From the NCBI GenBank assembly GCA_041660165.1, contig JBAZWW010000004.1:14839-78838 (forward strand): DNA of 64,000 nt, given 5' to 3'. The notes below the pieces were generated by a model, which did no database searches, was not told where the DNA came from, and was given only the letters and a program-made list of their open reading frames with translations. Shown piece by piece: positions 31,988 through 41,606 of the stretch; position 1 is the stretch's first letter; the number at the start of each line of letters is the position of its first letter. The DNA is from Patescibacteria group bacterium (GTDB lineage: Bacteria > Patescibacteriota > Patescibacteriia > UBA9934). The position numbers and the translations under genes were made by a program.

Positions 31988-32989
31988 ATGTACCCAGCTA
32001 TGAAGTACTCGTTTTTTAGTCTTCTTTTTGTGCTTTGCGGGGTCTTTTTTTGGACGAACCACGCTTCTGCACTTACCGTTTCTCCCGTCAAAATGGAGAT
32101 TGGCGGTGATCCTGGCCAAATTCTCACCGGAGATACGTATCTCGTGAATGAAGAAAATCACGAGATGACGTATTATTCTTCATTTGAAAAATTCGACGCT
32201 CAGGGAGAATCAGGCAATCCCGTCTTCTCACCCACCACGGAAGGACTCGCCACCTGGATGAGCATTCGGCCAAGCATCACTATCCAGCCCCACGCCCGCC
32301 TCACCGTCCCCTATCGCATCACCATTCCAAAAAACGCCCCGCCAGGCGGAAATTTTGCGGCCATTTTTTGGAATACGGTTCCGCCAAGCAATCTTGATTC
32401 CACCCAAGTAGCAATTGGGGCAAAAGTCGGCATCCTTGTTCTTCTTAGGGTATCCGGAGACATCACAGAAGGAGGAACGCTTTTATCGTTCGGTATTGAA
32501 AACGGCCAAACTTTTTTCACTACTCCGCCCGTTGGCCTCTGGTATCGTTTCAATAATAACGGGGAAGACCGCGTCAAACCTTCGGGAACCATAACCATCA
32601 AGAATACGTTCGGCATGAAGTCTGCTCAATTCAACGCGAATCCCACAGATGGCAACGTGCTCCCCGGGAGTATTCGCCGGCTAACCACGGCTTGGAATGA
32701 TAAAGACGCTTGGGGGAATGATATACAACCGCCGGAACAAAAAAACTTTGGGACGCTTGCCCTCTATGAGCTCAAACATTTCCATCTTGGCCGATTTTCC
32801 GCCAGTCTTCATCTTGAATACGGCACTGCAGGAAAAACAGTGGACGCCAAAGTCTCATTCTTCATGATTCCCTGGCACGCCCTCGTCATCATTATCCCGG
32901 CTCTCATCATCCTCATGATCCTTGGTATAATCTCTATCAAACGGTACAACCGTTGGATTATCGCAAGGGCCAATGCGTCGCGGTCATAA
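31988..32989 (+). CDS. DUF916/WxL-interacting or pilus-chaperone-like membrane-anchored protein
   Basis: ALTVSPVKMEI, VPYRITIPKNAPPGG, FNNNGEDRVKPSG, C-terminal TM. Confidence 0.7.
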   Translation: MYPAMKYSFFSLLFVLCGVFFWTNHASALTVSPVKMEIGGDPGQILTGDTYLVNEENHEMTYYSSFEKFDAQGESGNPVFSPTTEGLATWMSIRPSITIQPHARLTVPYRITIPKNAPPGGNFAAIFWNTVPPSNLDSTQVAIGAKVGILVLLRVSGDITEGGTLLSFGIENGQTFFTTPPVGLWYRFNNNGEDRVKPSGTITIKNTFGMKSAQFNANPTDGNVLPGSIRRLTTAWNDKDAWGNDIQPPEQKNFGTLALYELKHFHLGRFSASLHLEYGTAGKTVDAKVSFFMIPWHALVIIIPALIILMILGIISIKRYNRWIIARANASRS

Positions 32990-34031
32990 AAATCATGGAG
33001 CATTTTTCGTTCTCTCTCTTGGCGCGCTTCTCCTGGCGGCGGGTGTTTGGCATTTTGTCGAGCTCTCCCGCGCATCAATTTCCAACACGGTAACAATCAC
33101 CGCCACCGTTCTTGGCTGTGGAGATGGCATTATTCAACCAGGCGAAGCTTGCGACGGCGCAAACATGAACAGCCGGACGTGCATTACTGAGGGATTTACT
33201 GGCGGAACGATAAGTTGCCAGGCTAACTGCACGCTACAAACGTCTGCCTGCACCGGCGGAACGCCAAGAAGTGGAAATGTTGGTGCAATCGGCTCTGTTT
33301 CTTCGTCAAGCGAAACCTTCCTGGGGCTCGCCTATCCCAACAGCTCAGTCGCTATCCTCAAAGACGGCCAGCTGGTGGCGACCGTTGAAACGGATGCGAG
33401 CGGAGGCTTTAGCTCAAAAATCACAAACCTTTCTATCGGTACTTTTGCGTTCGGTTTTGTAGCCACGGATACGCTCGGCAATCACTCAGCGCTTACAACC
33501 GTTGAGATTACCGCCAGCGGGAGCTCAACCACTACCCGTGACATTTTCCTTTCGCCAACCATCGCTCCCATCGGTTTTTTTGTCTCATCAAGTGCCGTCG
33601 TAGCAGTCACGGGGTCAAGCGCACCTGACGCAGACGTCAGGCTTTCAATTACATCAGTCTCCGGCGATGTTATCCTCACGCGCCATGCCCAAGCCGATGC
33701 GAATGGCGAATATTCCATACAGCTCGCTCCGAACGCCCTTCCTGCGGGGTCATATACCGTCACCGCGACTGCCACACTCGGCGGACTCACAAGCACGCGC
33801 AGTTTGCCGGCCTCTTTCGCCATCGGCGCCCCCAACGCACCCCTCTCATATCTAAAAGGCGACTATAACGAAGATGGCCAGGTAAACCTGGTGGACTTCT
33901 CTATCGCGCTTTACTGGTACAAACAACCGCTCAGCCCGGCTTTCAAGGTACTTGAACTACACCATGGCAACGGCGATGGAATACTCGACCTGGTTGATAT
34001 CAGCATTCTTGCGTATTTCTGGACCGGCTAA
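32973..34031 (+). CDS. Dockerin-containing surface protein
   Basis: CGDGIIQPGEACDG Cys motif, two Ig-like domains, duplicated EF-hand-like GDYNEDGQVNLVDFSI / GNGDGILDLVDISIL. Confidence 0.8.
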   Translation: MRRGHKNHGAFFVLSLGALLLAAGVWHFVELSRASISNTVTITATVLGCGDGIIQPGEACDGANMNSRTCITEGFTGGTISCQANCTLQTSACTGGTPRSGNVGAIGSVSSSSETFLGLAYPNSSVAILKDGQLVATVETDASGGFSSKITNLSIGTFAFGFVATDTLGNHSALTTVEITASGSSTTTRDIFLSPTIAPIGFFVSSSAVVAVTGSSAPDADVRLSITSVSGDVILTRHAQADANGEYSIQLAPNALPAGSYTVTATATLGGLTSTRSLPASFAIGAPNAPLSYLKGDYNEDGQVNLVDFSIALYWYKQPLSPAFKVLELHHGNGDGILDLVDISILAYFWTG

Positions 34032-34034
34032 TCT

Positions 34035-34925
34035 ATGTTCATCCTTGCCAAAAGAATGTCCGTCCTTATTCTCTCCTTCCTCATGCTTATTCCGCGAGCA
34101 CTTTTTGCGGCGCAAGTGACCGTTCTCCCCCAACAAACCGCGGTTATTCAAACCGCCGAATTCCAGACAAACATCACCGTGGACACCGGGGGCGAATCCA
34201 TCAACACCTTCGCCGGAACGATTACGTATCCGGAAAATATCATCGCCCTCAAAGAAATTCACAGTGGCAACTCAATCGTCAACTATTGGGTCGAGGCGCC
34301 AAAAAATGCCAACAACAAGATCACCTTTTCAGGCATCACGCCCGGCGGATATGTTGGCAATCATGGGTTTCTTTTCTCGCTTGTCTTTACAGCCGTCAAA
34401 CAAGGCAACGGATCTATCGCGATCAGCAATCCGCTCTTCCTCAAAAATGACGGGCTGGGAACTTCGGCTAGAATCGCTATCTCGAACTCGAGCATCAGCG
34501 TGCTACCGCCGGATCAACGGCGAAACATTGTCATCCCTCCGCTTCAAGACGCCACCCCACCGGAACCGTTCCGGCCGGAAATCTCGAAAACGCCGGTCCT
34601 GTTTAATGATTCATGGACTCTCTTCTTTGGAGCGGAAGATAAGGGATCTGGTATTGATCATTACGAGGTCCAAGAATACTCGCCGGGAATTTTCAGTTTC
34701 TTCTCGCCGTGGATTCGCACAACGAGTCCATATCTCATCAGAGATCAATCACTTGAGAAAGCCGCGGCCGTCAGAGCGGTTGATAAAGCGGGGAACATTC
34801 GTACGGCCCATGTCCTTCCGCGCAACGCGCCCGCCTGGTATGCCAATCTCACGAACTGGTTCCTCTTGGCGAGCGGACTGGCAATCCTCGCGGTGCTTAA
34901 AACCTTTCTATGGCGAAAACGATAA
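34035..34925 (+). CDS. Cohesin-domain protein with C-terminal TM anchor
   Basis: VDTGGESINTFAGTITYP, ITFSGITPGG, NDGLGT, DKGSGIDHYEV, AVDKAGN. Confidence 0.75.
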   Translation: MFILAKRMSVLILSFLMLIPRALFAAQVTVLPQQTAVIQTAEFQTNITVDTGGESINTFAGTITYPENIIALKEIHSGNSIVNYWVEAPKNANNKITFSGITPGGYVGNHGFLFSLVFTAVKQGNGSIAISNPLFLKNDGLGTSARIAISNSSISVLPPDQRRNIVIPPLQDATPPEPFRPEISKTPVLFNDSWTLFFGAEDKGSGIDHYEVQEYSPGIFSFFSPWIRTTSPYLIRDQSLEKAAAVRAVDKAGNIRTAHVLPRNAPAWYANLTNWFLLASGLAILAVLKTFLWRKR

Positions 34926-35857
34926 AACACCTGGCATTCAGCCTCACCGCAGTATTCTTTTTTGCAGTCGGCGCTCTGCCGAACGTGAGCCAGGCGGCCA
35001 GCCTTTCTTTCTCCCCCGCCTCCGCCGTAACCACAGTTGGTACGCCGTTCACCGTAACCGTTCTGCTCTCAACTGAGGGTGTGGTGGCAAATGCTGTTGA
35101 CACAGTGCTCTCATTCCCCACAGATAAACTCACCGTCAGCAAAATCTCCCCAGAAAATTCCATTCTCTCTTTGTGGGTGCAAGAACCAAGCTACTCAAAT
35201 ACCGCCGGCACCATCACCTTCACAGGCGGAACGCCAAGGCCCGGTTTTAACGGCGCGTCCCTAGTACTCGCCACCATCACTTTCGTTCCAAAAATGACCG
35301 GAACATCCATCATAACCATCACAAATGGCTCTGTCCTCTCTGGGGATGGATTGGGGACGGAATTACTAAAAAGCTTCAACGGAACGTCTGCCACGTTCAC
35401 CACGAACCCGACTCCCCCATCGGCGCCTGCTCCCGCTCCAACGCCGGCAGGTACGTCGCCAAACCCCTCCGTCGTGCCCACAGCCACTTCTGGCGTGCCC
35501 GCAATACCCGCACCAGCCACTCCAGAATCACCCCCGTCCGCTAATTCACCCAGCACGCCTCCGGAAATCCCCACCAGGCCAGCCGTCTCTCCGGCACCTG
35601 TCACCCCCCAAACGGTCAGCAAAGAACAGCCAGCCCTGCGATGTCCTACCGTCCCCGCTCAAACGCTCCCTGTTCGTCTTCTCAGAACCTGGCCGATTGA
35701 TCTCCTCATCTTCCTCACCGGCATCATTATTGGGTTTCTTATGCGAGAAATCATTCTCCTGGCGAAACGGCCAAAGACTCCGCCAAACAAACCTAGCGCG
35801 AAGACCCGTAGTACCCCCGTTCCTCCACCGGTAACATCCCCGCAATCTTTGCCATAA
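34910..35857 (+). CDS. Cohesin-domain protein with Pro-rich stalk and TM anchor
   Basis: ASLSFSP, ANAVDTVLSFPTDKL, WVQEPSYSN..GTITFTGG, DGLGT. Confidence 0.75.
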   Translation: MAKTIKHLAFSLTAVFFFAVGALPNVSQAASLSFSPASAVTTVGTPFTVTVLLSTEGVVANAVDTVLSFPTDKLTVSKISPENSILSLWVQEPSYSNTAGTITFTGGTPRPGFNGASLVLATITFVPKMTGTSIITITNGSVLSGDGLGTELLKSFNGTSATFTTNPTPPSAPAPAPTPAGTSPNPSVVPTATSGVPAIPAPATPESPPSANSPSTPPEIPTRPAVSPAPVTPQTVSKEQPALRCPTVPAQTLPVRLLRTWPIDLLIFLTGIIIGFLMREIILLAKRPKTPPNKPSAKTRSTPVPPPVTSPQSLP

Positions 35858-36773
35858 CGGTGTGGACTGAATCGCCTTGGCCGAGCGTTAAAGACTCGCC
35901 GATTTGTACACGTTTGTCAGAAATCGCGATTGGCACAATGGGCGCGTCCTCACCAGTGAGACGCCTGTATTCATTGTTCACTATTTCAATCCCCGGATAC
36001 GCTTTGCGTAAAACTGGCCCCTCATACGTCCACAAACCCTCGGGGAACATAGCAACAGCATCTCCGCGGGCCAGCAAGGCCGCGCTCTCCCTAGCAAATT
36101 TTCGGACAGAACCCAGATCAACAGGGCGATCAATGACCGTCTGATAATACTTGGCCACGTGCTTCGGTTTTTTTGGTACTCGGGTCATGAGCTCAGCCTG
36201 TTCTTCAGCAGTCAGATTGCCGAGCGAGCTTTTGACCTCAAATACACCAATCTTTTTCAAAAACCAAGTTATAGCCGGGTTAATCTGAAAATGCATATCA
36301 GCAGCGGCAAAATCAAGCGGACGCCTGGCCACAGCAGCCAGCGTAAACTGATCGCTATCGCGCGTGTGGTTTGACACGAGGAGACATGGGCCGTGGCGCG
36401 GAATATTCTCCCGCCCCTCCACCTTGCGCCCCTCAATCATAAATAACGCCTCGCCCACTAACGCCATAACTGGCGTGGCCAACGCTCGAACATTATTCGC
36501 CCGGCGCAAATGTACGGGCAGATTCCTCTCAAGATATTCGTACACCTTATTCGGCCTAACAGCTACCGAGAATTCGCCCTCAATGCTTTTGGCTATCTGC
36601 TCAGTTTGCTTGCGCTTTTCTTTAGCCGAATCTTCCGCCTCAACGGGTGCACCCGTCTCAATGACCGCTGGTTCGATCATATCTCGTTCAACCGAGTGAA
36701 CAGGCAACACTTCCCGCTCGGCTGGCCGAGTGAATTCCGGGCGTGAATCAATCGGCTTGCCCGGCTTATCCAT
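35793..36773 (-). CDS. PlsC-like lysophospholipid acyltransferase family protein
   Basis: NHTRDSD (NHxxxxD) and FPEG motifs. Confidence 0.8.
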   Translation of the reverse strand: MDKPGKPIDSRPEFTRPAEREVLPVHSVERDMIEPAVIETGAPVEAEDSAKEKRKQTEQIAKSIEGEFSVAVRPNKVYEYLERNLPVHLRRANNVRALATPVMALVGEALFMIEGRKVEGRENIPRHGPCLLVSNHTRDSDQFTLAAVARRPLDFAAADMHFQINPAITWFLKKIGVFEVKSSLGNLTAEEQAELMTRVPKKPKHVAKYYQTVIDRPVDLGSVRKFARESAALLARGDAVAMFPEGLWTYEGPVLRKAYPGIEIVNNEYRRLTGEDAPIVPIAISDKRVQIGESLTLGQGDSVHTVMAKIAGMLPVEERGYYGSSR

Positions 36774-36777
36774 AAGT

Positions 36778-37704
36778 TTAATGCCCCGCCAGATATCTCT
36801 CCGCCTCAAGCGCCGACATACAGCCAGTCCCCGCCGCCGTAATCGCTTGACGGAAGTACGGATCCATCACGTCCCCGCAGGCAAATACGCCAGGAATATT
36901 TGTTTTCGTGCTTTTGCCTTCGGTAACAATGTAGCCCTTTTGGTCGAGTGTTACCGAACCCGCAAATAACTCAGTATTCGGCTTGTGACCGATAGCGACA
37001 AACAAGCCTTGCGTCAAAAACTCGCTCGTCTCCCCCGTCTTCGTGTTCTTGAGTTTTAGCGCTCGAATACTTGTCTCACCGAGCACCTCTTCAACCGCCG
37101 TGTCCATGAGGAAGCTAATTTTCGGGTTGCTCTTGGCGCGATCAAGCATGATTTTAGAAGCTCGAAAGGCATCGCTCCGGTGGATCACTGTTACTTTCGA
37201 AGCAAACCTCGTCAGGAACGTCGCCTCTTCCATGGCACTGTCTCCCCCGCCAACCACCACGATCTCTTTCCCTCGAAAAAAGAATCCATCACACGTGGCA
37301 CAAGCGGAAACACCTTTGCCCTGTAGTTCCTTCTCGCCAGGGCATCCAATCCACTTGGCACTGGCACCTGTTGAAATAATAATCGCATCCGCCGTCAGCT
37401 CTTTACCGTTCTCACTCATCACCCGGTACGGCTTCTGCGAGAAATCAACCTTCGTCACCACGTCTTGCAACACCTCAGTACCGAATCGCTCGGCCTGCTT
37501 CTTCAGCTTCTCCATGAGCTCAGGACCGAGTACGCCGGTAGGTTCGCCGGGCCAGTTTTCGACGTCGCTTGTCAGCATGAGCTGGCCTCCTGGCTCTCGC
37601 CCCGCAAACAACACCGGCTTGAGCATCGCTCTGGCTGCGTAAATGGCGGCCGTGTAACCAGCCGGTCCGGAACCAATGATGACGAGGTTGTAATGTGTGG
37701 ACAT
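36778..37704 (-). CDS. trxB: Thioredoxin-disulfide reductase
   Basis: GSGPAGYTAA, CATCDG, GGGDSAMEEA, GVFACGD. Confidence 0.96.
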   Translation of the reverse strand: MSTHYNLVIIGSGPAGYTAAIYAARAMLKPVLFAGREPGGQLMLTSDVENWPGEPTGVLGPELMEKLKKQAERFGTEVLQDVVTKVDFSQKPYRVMSENGKELTADAIIISTGASAKWIGCPGEKELQGKGVSACATCDGFFFRGKEIVVVGGGDSAMEEATFLTRFASKVTVIHRSDAFRASKIMLDRAKSNPKISFLMDTAVEEVLGETSIRALKLKNTKTGETSEFLTQGLFVAIGHKPNTELFAGSVTLDQKGYIVTEGKSTKTNIPGVFACGDVMDPYFRQAITAAGTGCMSALEAERYLAGH

Positions 37705-37711
37705 ATATATG

Positions 37712-37739
37712 TTGACAAGTACTAGAAATATGTTACTCT
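37712..37739 (+). promoter_or_regulatory. Sigma70-type promoter antisense to the NYN gene 3' end
   Basis: TTGACA-N16-TACTCT with extended -10 TG. Confidence 0.55.
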
Positions 37740-37744
37740 ATCAG

Positions 37745-37807
37745 CAGATCACCAATGGAAAAGATCACCCTTCAAGGTTCCGTCCTTGCGGGGCCTTTTC
37801 TTTTTTA
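37745..37807 (+). ncRNA. Putative small antisense hairpin RNA
   Basis: GAAAAG..CCC..CAAGG-TTCCGT-CCTTG.GGG..CTTTTC then a T-run, directly after the promoter. Confidence 0.4.
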
Positions 37808-38292
37808 TGGGCCAATTTACTCTCAAGGTCATTCATAAAACGCAAATACGGTTTAATTTCAGGATACTTTAACAAACCGGAAAACTTCCACCGGTTAGGG
37901 ACCATCATAGCAGCCAATTTCTTTTTTCCAATAAAATAGTTCGCTAAGCAGTAAAAATCACCGTCACCGGAGACAATAATGGCTTGATCATAATTTTCGT
38001 ATTCGATCATTGCCTGTAAAACCAATTCGGCATCACAATTCCCCTTAGTCGTGCCATCCTTATACGTTAAAGTTGGTTTAAAAATACAAATAAAACCTGC
38101 CTGTTGTAACGAATTATAAAGTTTCGTATTCCCCGGTAAATAGCCTAAAAATACATAGGCCTCTTTGACAGCATATTTCTCGGCCAAATATACTCGAAAT
38201 TTCCGAAAACTTAAAAACCATCCCAACGAACGGATCGCGAGGTTCAAATTCTGACTATCTATAAGCGCGTAATTCTTCTGCGGGGCAATCAT
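37765..38292 (-). CDS. NYN domain (LabA/DUF88, PIN-like) ribonuclease
   Basis: IDSQNL, KGNCDAEL, IVSGDGDF; AT-rich; lies between trxA and trxB. Confidence 0.9.
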   Translation of the reverse strand: MIAPQKNYALIDSQNLNLAIRSLGWFLSFRKFRVYLAEKYAVKEAYVFLGYLPGNTKLYNSLQQAGFICIFKPTLTYKDGTTKGNCDAELVLQAMIEYENYDQAIIVSGDGDFYCLANYFIGKKKLAAMMVPNRWKFSGLLKYPEIKPYLRFMNDLESKLAHKKEKAPQGRNLEG

Positions 38293-38360
38293 ATTTCTAT
38301 CCGTCGAAGTCTAGCACGGGACCATAAAACAAAAAATCCCCTTCCGGGGACTTCTTGTGG

Positions 38361-38672
38361 TTAACCCGTAATCTGTTTCACCCTCTCCTTAAACGTCTCT
38401 TTGCTCATGGCGCCGGAGAACCTGCCTACCTCGCTCCCGCCTTTCATGACTACAAATGTGGGAATCGAGAGAACGTTGAATCTCATCGCCAGCTCGGAAT
38501 TGTCATCGACGTTCACCTTGGCGAATGACACGTCAGACATCTCGTTTCCGAGTTCCTCAATCAAAGGCCCCATCACCTTGCACGGTCCGCACCACACGGC
38601 CCAGAAGTCTACCACCACGGGGGTAGTTGACTGGGTGATTTGAGAGTCAAAGTTTGCTGTTGTTAAATCCAT
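38361..38672 (-). CDS. trxA: Thioredoxin
   Basis: DFWAVWCGPCK. Confidence 0.95.
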   Translation of the reverse strand: MDLTTANFDSQITQSTTPVVVDFWAVWCGPCKVMGPLIEELGNEMSDVSFAKVNVDDNSELAMRFNVLSIPTFVVMKGGSEVGRFSGAMSKETFKERVKQITG

Positions 38673-38682
38673 AATAAATTCT

Positions 38683-40722
38683 TTACACTGCCAAGGTTCT
38701 CGCCTGGAGTTCCTCAGAGTAGACCTCCAGTGTATCACCTACCTCAATCTTGGTCTTGCCCTGGAAAGACAGTCCGCAGTCTTGGCCGGCGAGTACATCT
38801 TTGACGCTCGACTTGCCACTCTGCAAGGCTTCGATCCTGCCCTCGCCCATAATACTGCCATTGCGGAACACGCGGATAACCGCGCCCGGAATAAACTTGC
38901 CCTTCTTCACCTTGGCGCCAATGATGTGGCCCTTCTCCGTCTTCTTAAAGACGGCTAGAACTTCACCCGAACCAAGATCCGTATAAATCTTCTCGGAAGG
39001 AATGAGCTTCTTGAGACGCTCGACCACATTTTCAAAGATGCGATAGATAACCGTGTGGCCTTCAAGATCAACATTTTTTGTTCTAGCGAGGTCAGCCGCA
39101 GTCTGCATCGGTTTAACGTTGAAGCCGTAGATGACGGCTTGTCCCGCCTCGGCCCTCAGCACATCAGCCTCCGTAATATTGCCGAGTCCTTTGCCAACAA
39201 TCTTCACACCAACGTGCGGGTTTTCAATCTTCTCGATCATGCCGATCAACGCTTCGAGTGAACCGAGTACGTCAGCCTTCACCATCACGTTTAAGTACAG
39301 CTTGCCCTCGCTCCCCTCTTTTTCTTCCTTGGGCTTGGCCACCTTGGTACCAAGATCCTCGGCGCTCGTCTTCCGCTTCATGTCCTCACGCACGTCTTCA
39401 AGCTCGTCCGGATTTTCGGGTACTTCGAGAATGTCTCCTACGGCTGGAGCGATTTTGAAACCAAGAATCTTCACCGGCGTAGATGGCGGGGCTTCTTTGA
39501 TGAGCTTGCCGTCATAAGCGGTGAGTGCTCGAACTTTTCCATACAGATATCCGCCAACAGACAAGATGTCGCCTGCATGCAACGTTCCGGTTTGGACGAT
39601 GATAGTTGCAACAGGTCCTTGGCCCTTGTCTACGCGGGATTCAATGATCGTACCGAGCGCTTTGCGGGTCGGGTTCGCTACAATGTTGTCCTTTTCCATG
39701 TCAGCCACAAGCAACAGAACGTCAAGCAACTGATCAATATGCAAATTCTTTTTGGCCGAGATAGGAACACAGATCGTCTTCCCGCCCCAATCTTCTGGCA
39801 CGAGTCCAGCCTCTGACAGCTGACTCTTCACGAGTTCAAGGTTGGCATTCTCTTTGTCGATTTTGTTAATCGCAACCACGAATGGCAAGTGCGAAGCCTT
39901 GATGATGTCAATCGCTTCCTTGGTCTGCGGTTGTACACCATCGTCTGCAGCTACGACGAGAATGGCGATGTCGGCAACTTTCGCACCGCGGGAACGCATG
40001 ACCGTAAACGCTTCGTGACCTGGAGTGTCGATAAATGTAAGCAAACGATCATTACGCACCACCTGGTACGCGCCAATATGCTGAGTGATACCGCCAGCTT
40101 CGCCTGCTACCACGTTCGCCTTTCTGATAACGTCGAGCAACGAGGTTTTGCCGTGGTCAACATGGCCCATGATAACGATGACTGGTGGGCGAGCAACAAT
40201 GTTCGGATCCGTTACCCCGCTCGCATCAGGTCCGCCATGTTCAGAGCCCTTCGCCTGGGCGAGTCTATCCTCACCGGCGCCCAAAATAACTTCTGTTCTT
40301 GCTTCTGCTGGTTCGGCAATGAATCCAAGATCCTCAGCAATAATTGAAGCGGACTCATAATCAATCGGTTCATTGAGCGAGGCCAAAATACCGGCGCGCA
40401 TCAGTTCCTGCATTACTTTCTGAACTGGCAGGTTGAGTAGAGTCGAAAATTCTCGAACAGTAATTTTGCTCGGCACTTTTACATGCTCTGCAGTACCAGA
40501 AGCCACCTGAGATTTTCTCTCAGCGCGGGCTTTCTGATCTTCCATTTTCTTCTGGAGGAACTGGCGCTTTTTCAAATCCTGCCAGGCGTTCAAAATTTTC
40601 CCAACATCACGGTCAGGAATTTTAATAGCCTTTCCGCCAATGTCAAAACCAAGCTCCGGCAGCTTGGAGCGCAATTCCTCTGTAGATACCCGCAACCGGC
40701 GGGCTAGCTCTGAAATGTTCAT
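38683..40722 (-). CDS. infB: Translation initiation factor IF-2
   Basis: MGHVDHGKTS, GGITQHIGAY, DTPGHEAF, NKID. Confidence 0.97.
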   Translation of the reverse strand: MNISELARRLRVSTEELRSKLPELGFDIGGKAIKIPDRDVGKILNAWQDLKKRQFLQKKMEDQKARAERKSQVASGTAEHVKVPSKITVREFSTLLNLPVQKVMQELMRAGILASLNEPIDYESASIIAEDLGFIAEPAEARTEVILGAGEDRLAQAKGSEHGGPDASGVTDPNIVARPPVIVIMGHVDHGKTSLLDVIRKANVVAGEAGGITQHIGAYQVVRNDRLLTFIDTPGHEAFTVMRSRGAKVADIAILVVAADDGVQPQTKEAIDIIKASHLPFVVAINKIDKENANLELVKSQLSEAGLVPEDWGGKTICVPISAKKNLHIDQLLDVLLLVADMEKDNIVANPTRKALGTIIESRVDKGQGPVATIIVQTGTLHAGDILSVGGYLYGKVRALTAYDGKLIKEAPPSTPVKILGFKIAPAVGDILEVPENPDELEDVREDMKRKTSAEDLGTKVAKPKEEKEGSEGKLYLNVMVKADVLGSLEALIGMIEKIENPHVGVKIVGKGLGNITEADVLRAEAGQAVIYGFNVKPMQTAADLARTKNVDLEGHTVIYRIFENVVERLKKLIPSEKIYTDLGSGEVLAVFKKTEKGHIIGAKVKKGKFIPGAVIRVFRNGSIMGEGRIEALQSGKSSVKDVLAGQDCGLSFQGKTKIEVGDTLEVYSEELQARTLAV

Positions 40723-40802
40723 GGCAAGAGGATACGGGAAAGTGCCTGTTAAGTCAAAGAACTGGTGTATTTTACCATCCCAACATTGATCCCCATCCTG
40801 AG

Positions 40803-41495
40803 CTAGGCGAAGGATCCGCCTTTCCCGGCAGCAATGGGCCGTATTGGCAATTGAAACTTCCTCAAATCACTCCCAACCAATACTCGTTGCACATCTGTTC
40901 GGCTAATCAATGACTGGGTTGGCCGTACGTCGTTACCGCTCCCGGGAATGCCTGGAATTGAGAACCCGACGTACTCGATCCTTTTCTTCAACCGAAATCG
41001 TACCCAATCAACCATCGGTACAAGGTCTGTGTCCGAACTCACTAGAATAGCCGTATCGTATTTATTATCGACTGCGCCAGCCACTAAATCAACTGCAATC
41101 TTAACATCGATTCCTTTCTCACGGAACGTATGCAAAGTAATCTCATTGATACCTTTACTCAAAATCTGTTGATGATTCTCTACCCGAGAGTCAATCAACA
41201 CCTTTTCCGTCCGCTCCCGAAGCTTACTTGTTTTGATCTGCCAAGCTGTCTGTTTCAAGCGGTTGAATAACTGCACCTGTTTAGCCATGGCTCGCCTACT
41301 TCGTTCGTCACCTTCCCGTTCTCGCACCGTTCCAATGTAGTATCTCTTCCCCTGCTCAGTAACCACCCTACTATCTGCGAGGAAATGAGCGAAGGCGTCA
41401 AAATCAAACCCCGCCGCCTGAATAGCCAATGGTTTGTGAGCGAGATGGTAAAAATTACCGCCATCAATAAAAATCTGTACTCGCTCCGCGTTCAT
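40803..41495 (-). CDS. NYN domain (LabA/DUF88) ribonuclease
   Basis: FIDGGNFY, EKGIDVKIAVD, LVSSDTDLVP; start set at MNAERV. Confidence 0.9.
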   Translation of the reverse strand: MNAERVQIFIDGGNFYHLAHKPLAIQAAGFDFDAFAHFLADSRVVTEQGKRYYIGTVREREGDERSRRAMAKQVQLFNRLKQTAWQIKTSKLRERTEKVLIDSRVENHQQILSKGINEITLHTFREKGIDVKIAVDLVAGAVDNKYDTAILVSSDTDLVPMVDWVRFRLKKRIEYVGFSIPGIPGSGNDVRPTQSLISRTDVQRVLVGSDLRKFQLPIRPIAAGKGGSFA

Positions 41496-41524
41496 AATGA
41501 GCAAAAAGTACCATAAAAATAAAG

Positions 41525-41562
41525 TCCTGCACACTCCCCGTGAGGGCAGGCGCAGGAGACTT
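41525..41562. repeat. 38-bp hairpin direct repeat, left copy flanking the DGR
   Basis: TCCTGCACACTCCCCGTGAGGGCAGGCGCAGGAGACTT; 35/38 identical to 44332-44369. Confidence 0.85.
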
Positions 41563-41571
41563 TATGCTCAG

Positions 41572-41600
41572 AATATACCTCTCTTTTTGACGTTCGTCAA
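41572..41600 (-). promoter_or_regulatory. Sigma70-type promoter for the hairpin leader and NYN gene
   Basis: TTGACG-N17-TATATT. Confidence 0.6.
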
Positions 41601-41606
41601 TGATCG

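Noticed and set aside
40200-40240. Possible repeat-derived insert in IF-2 (GGPDASGVTDP)
   Set aside because: The palindrome is too weak and the region is naturally variable; an ortholog alignment is needed.
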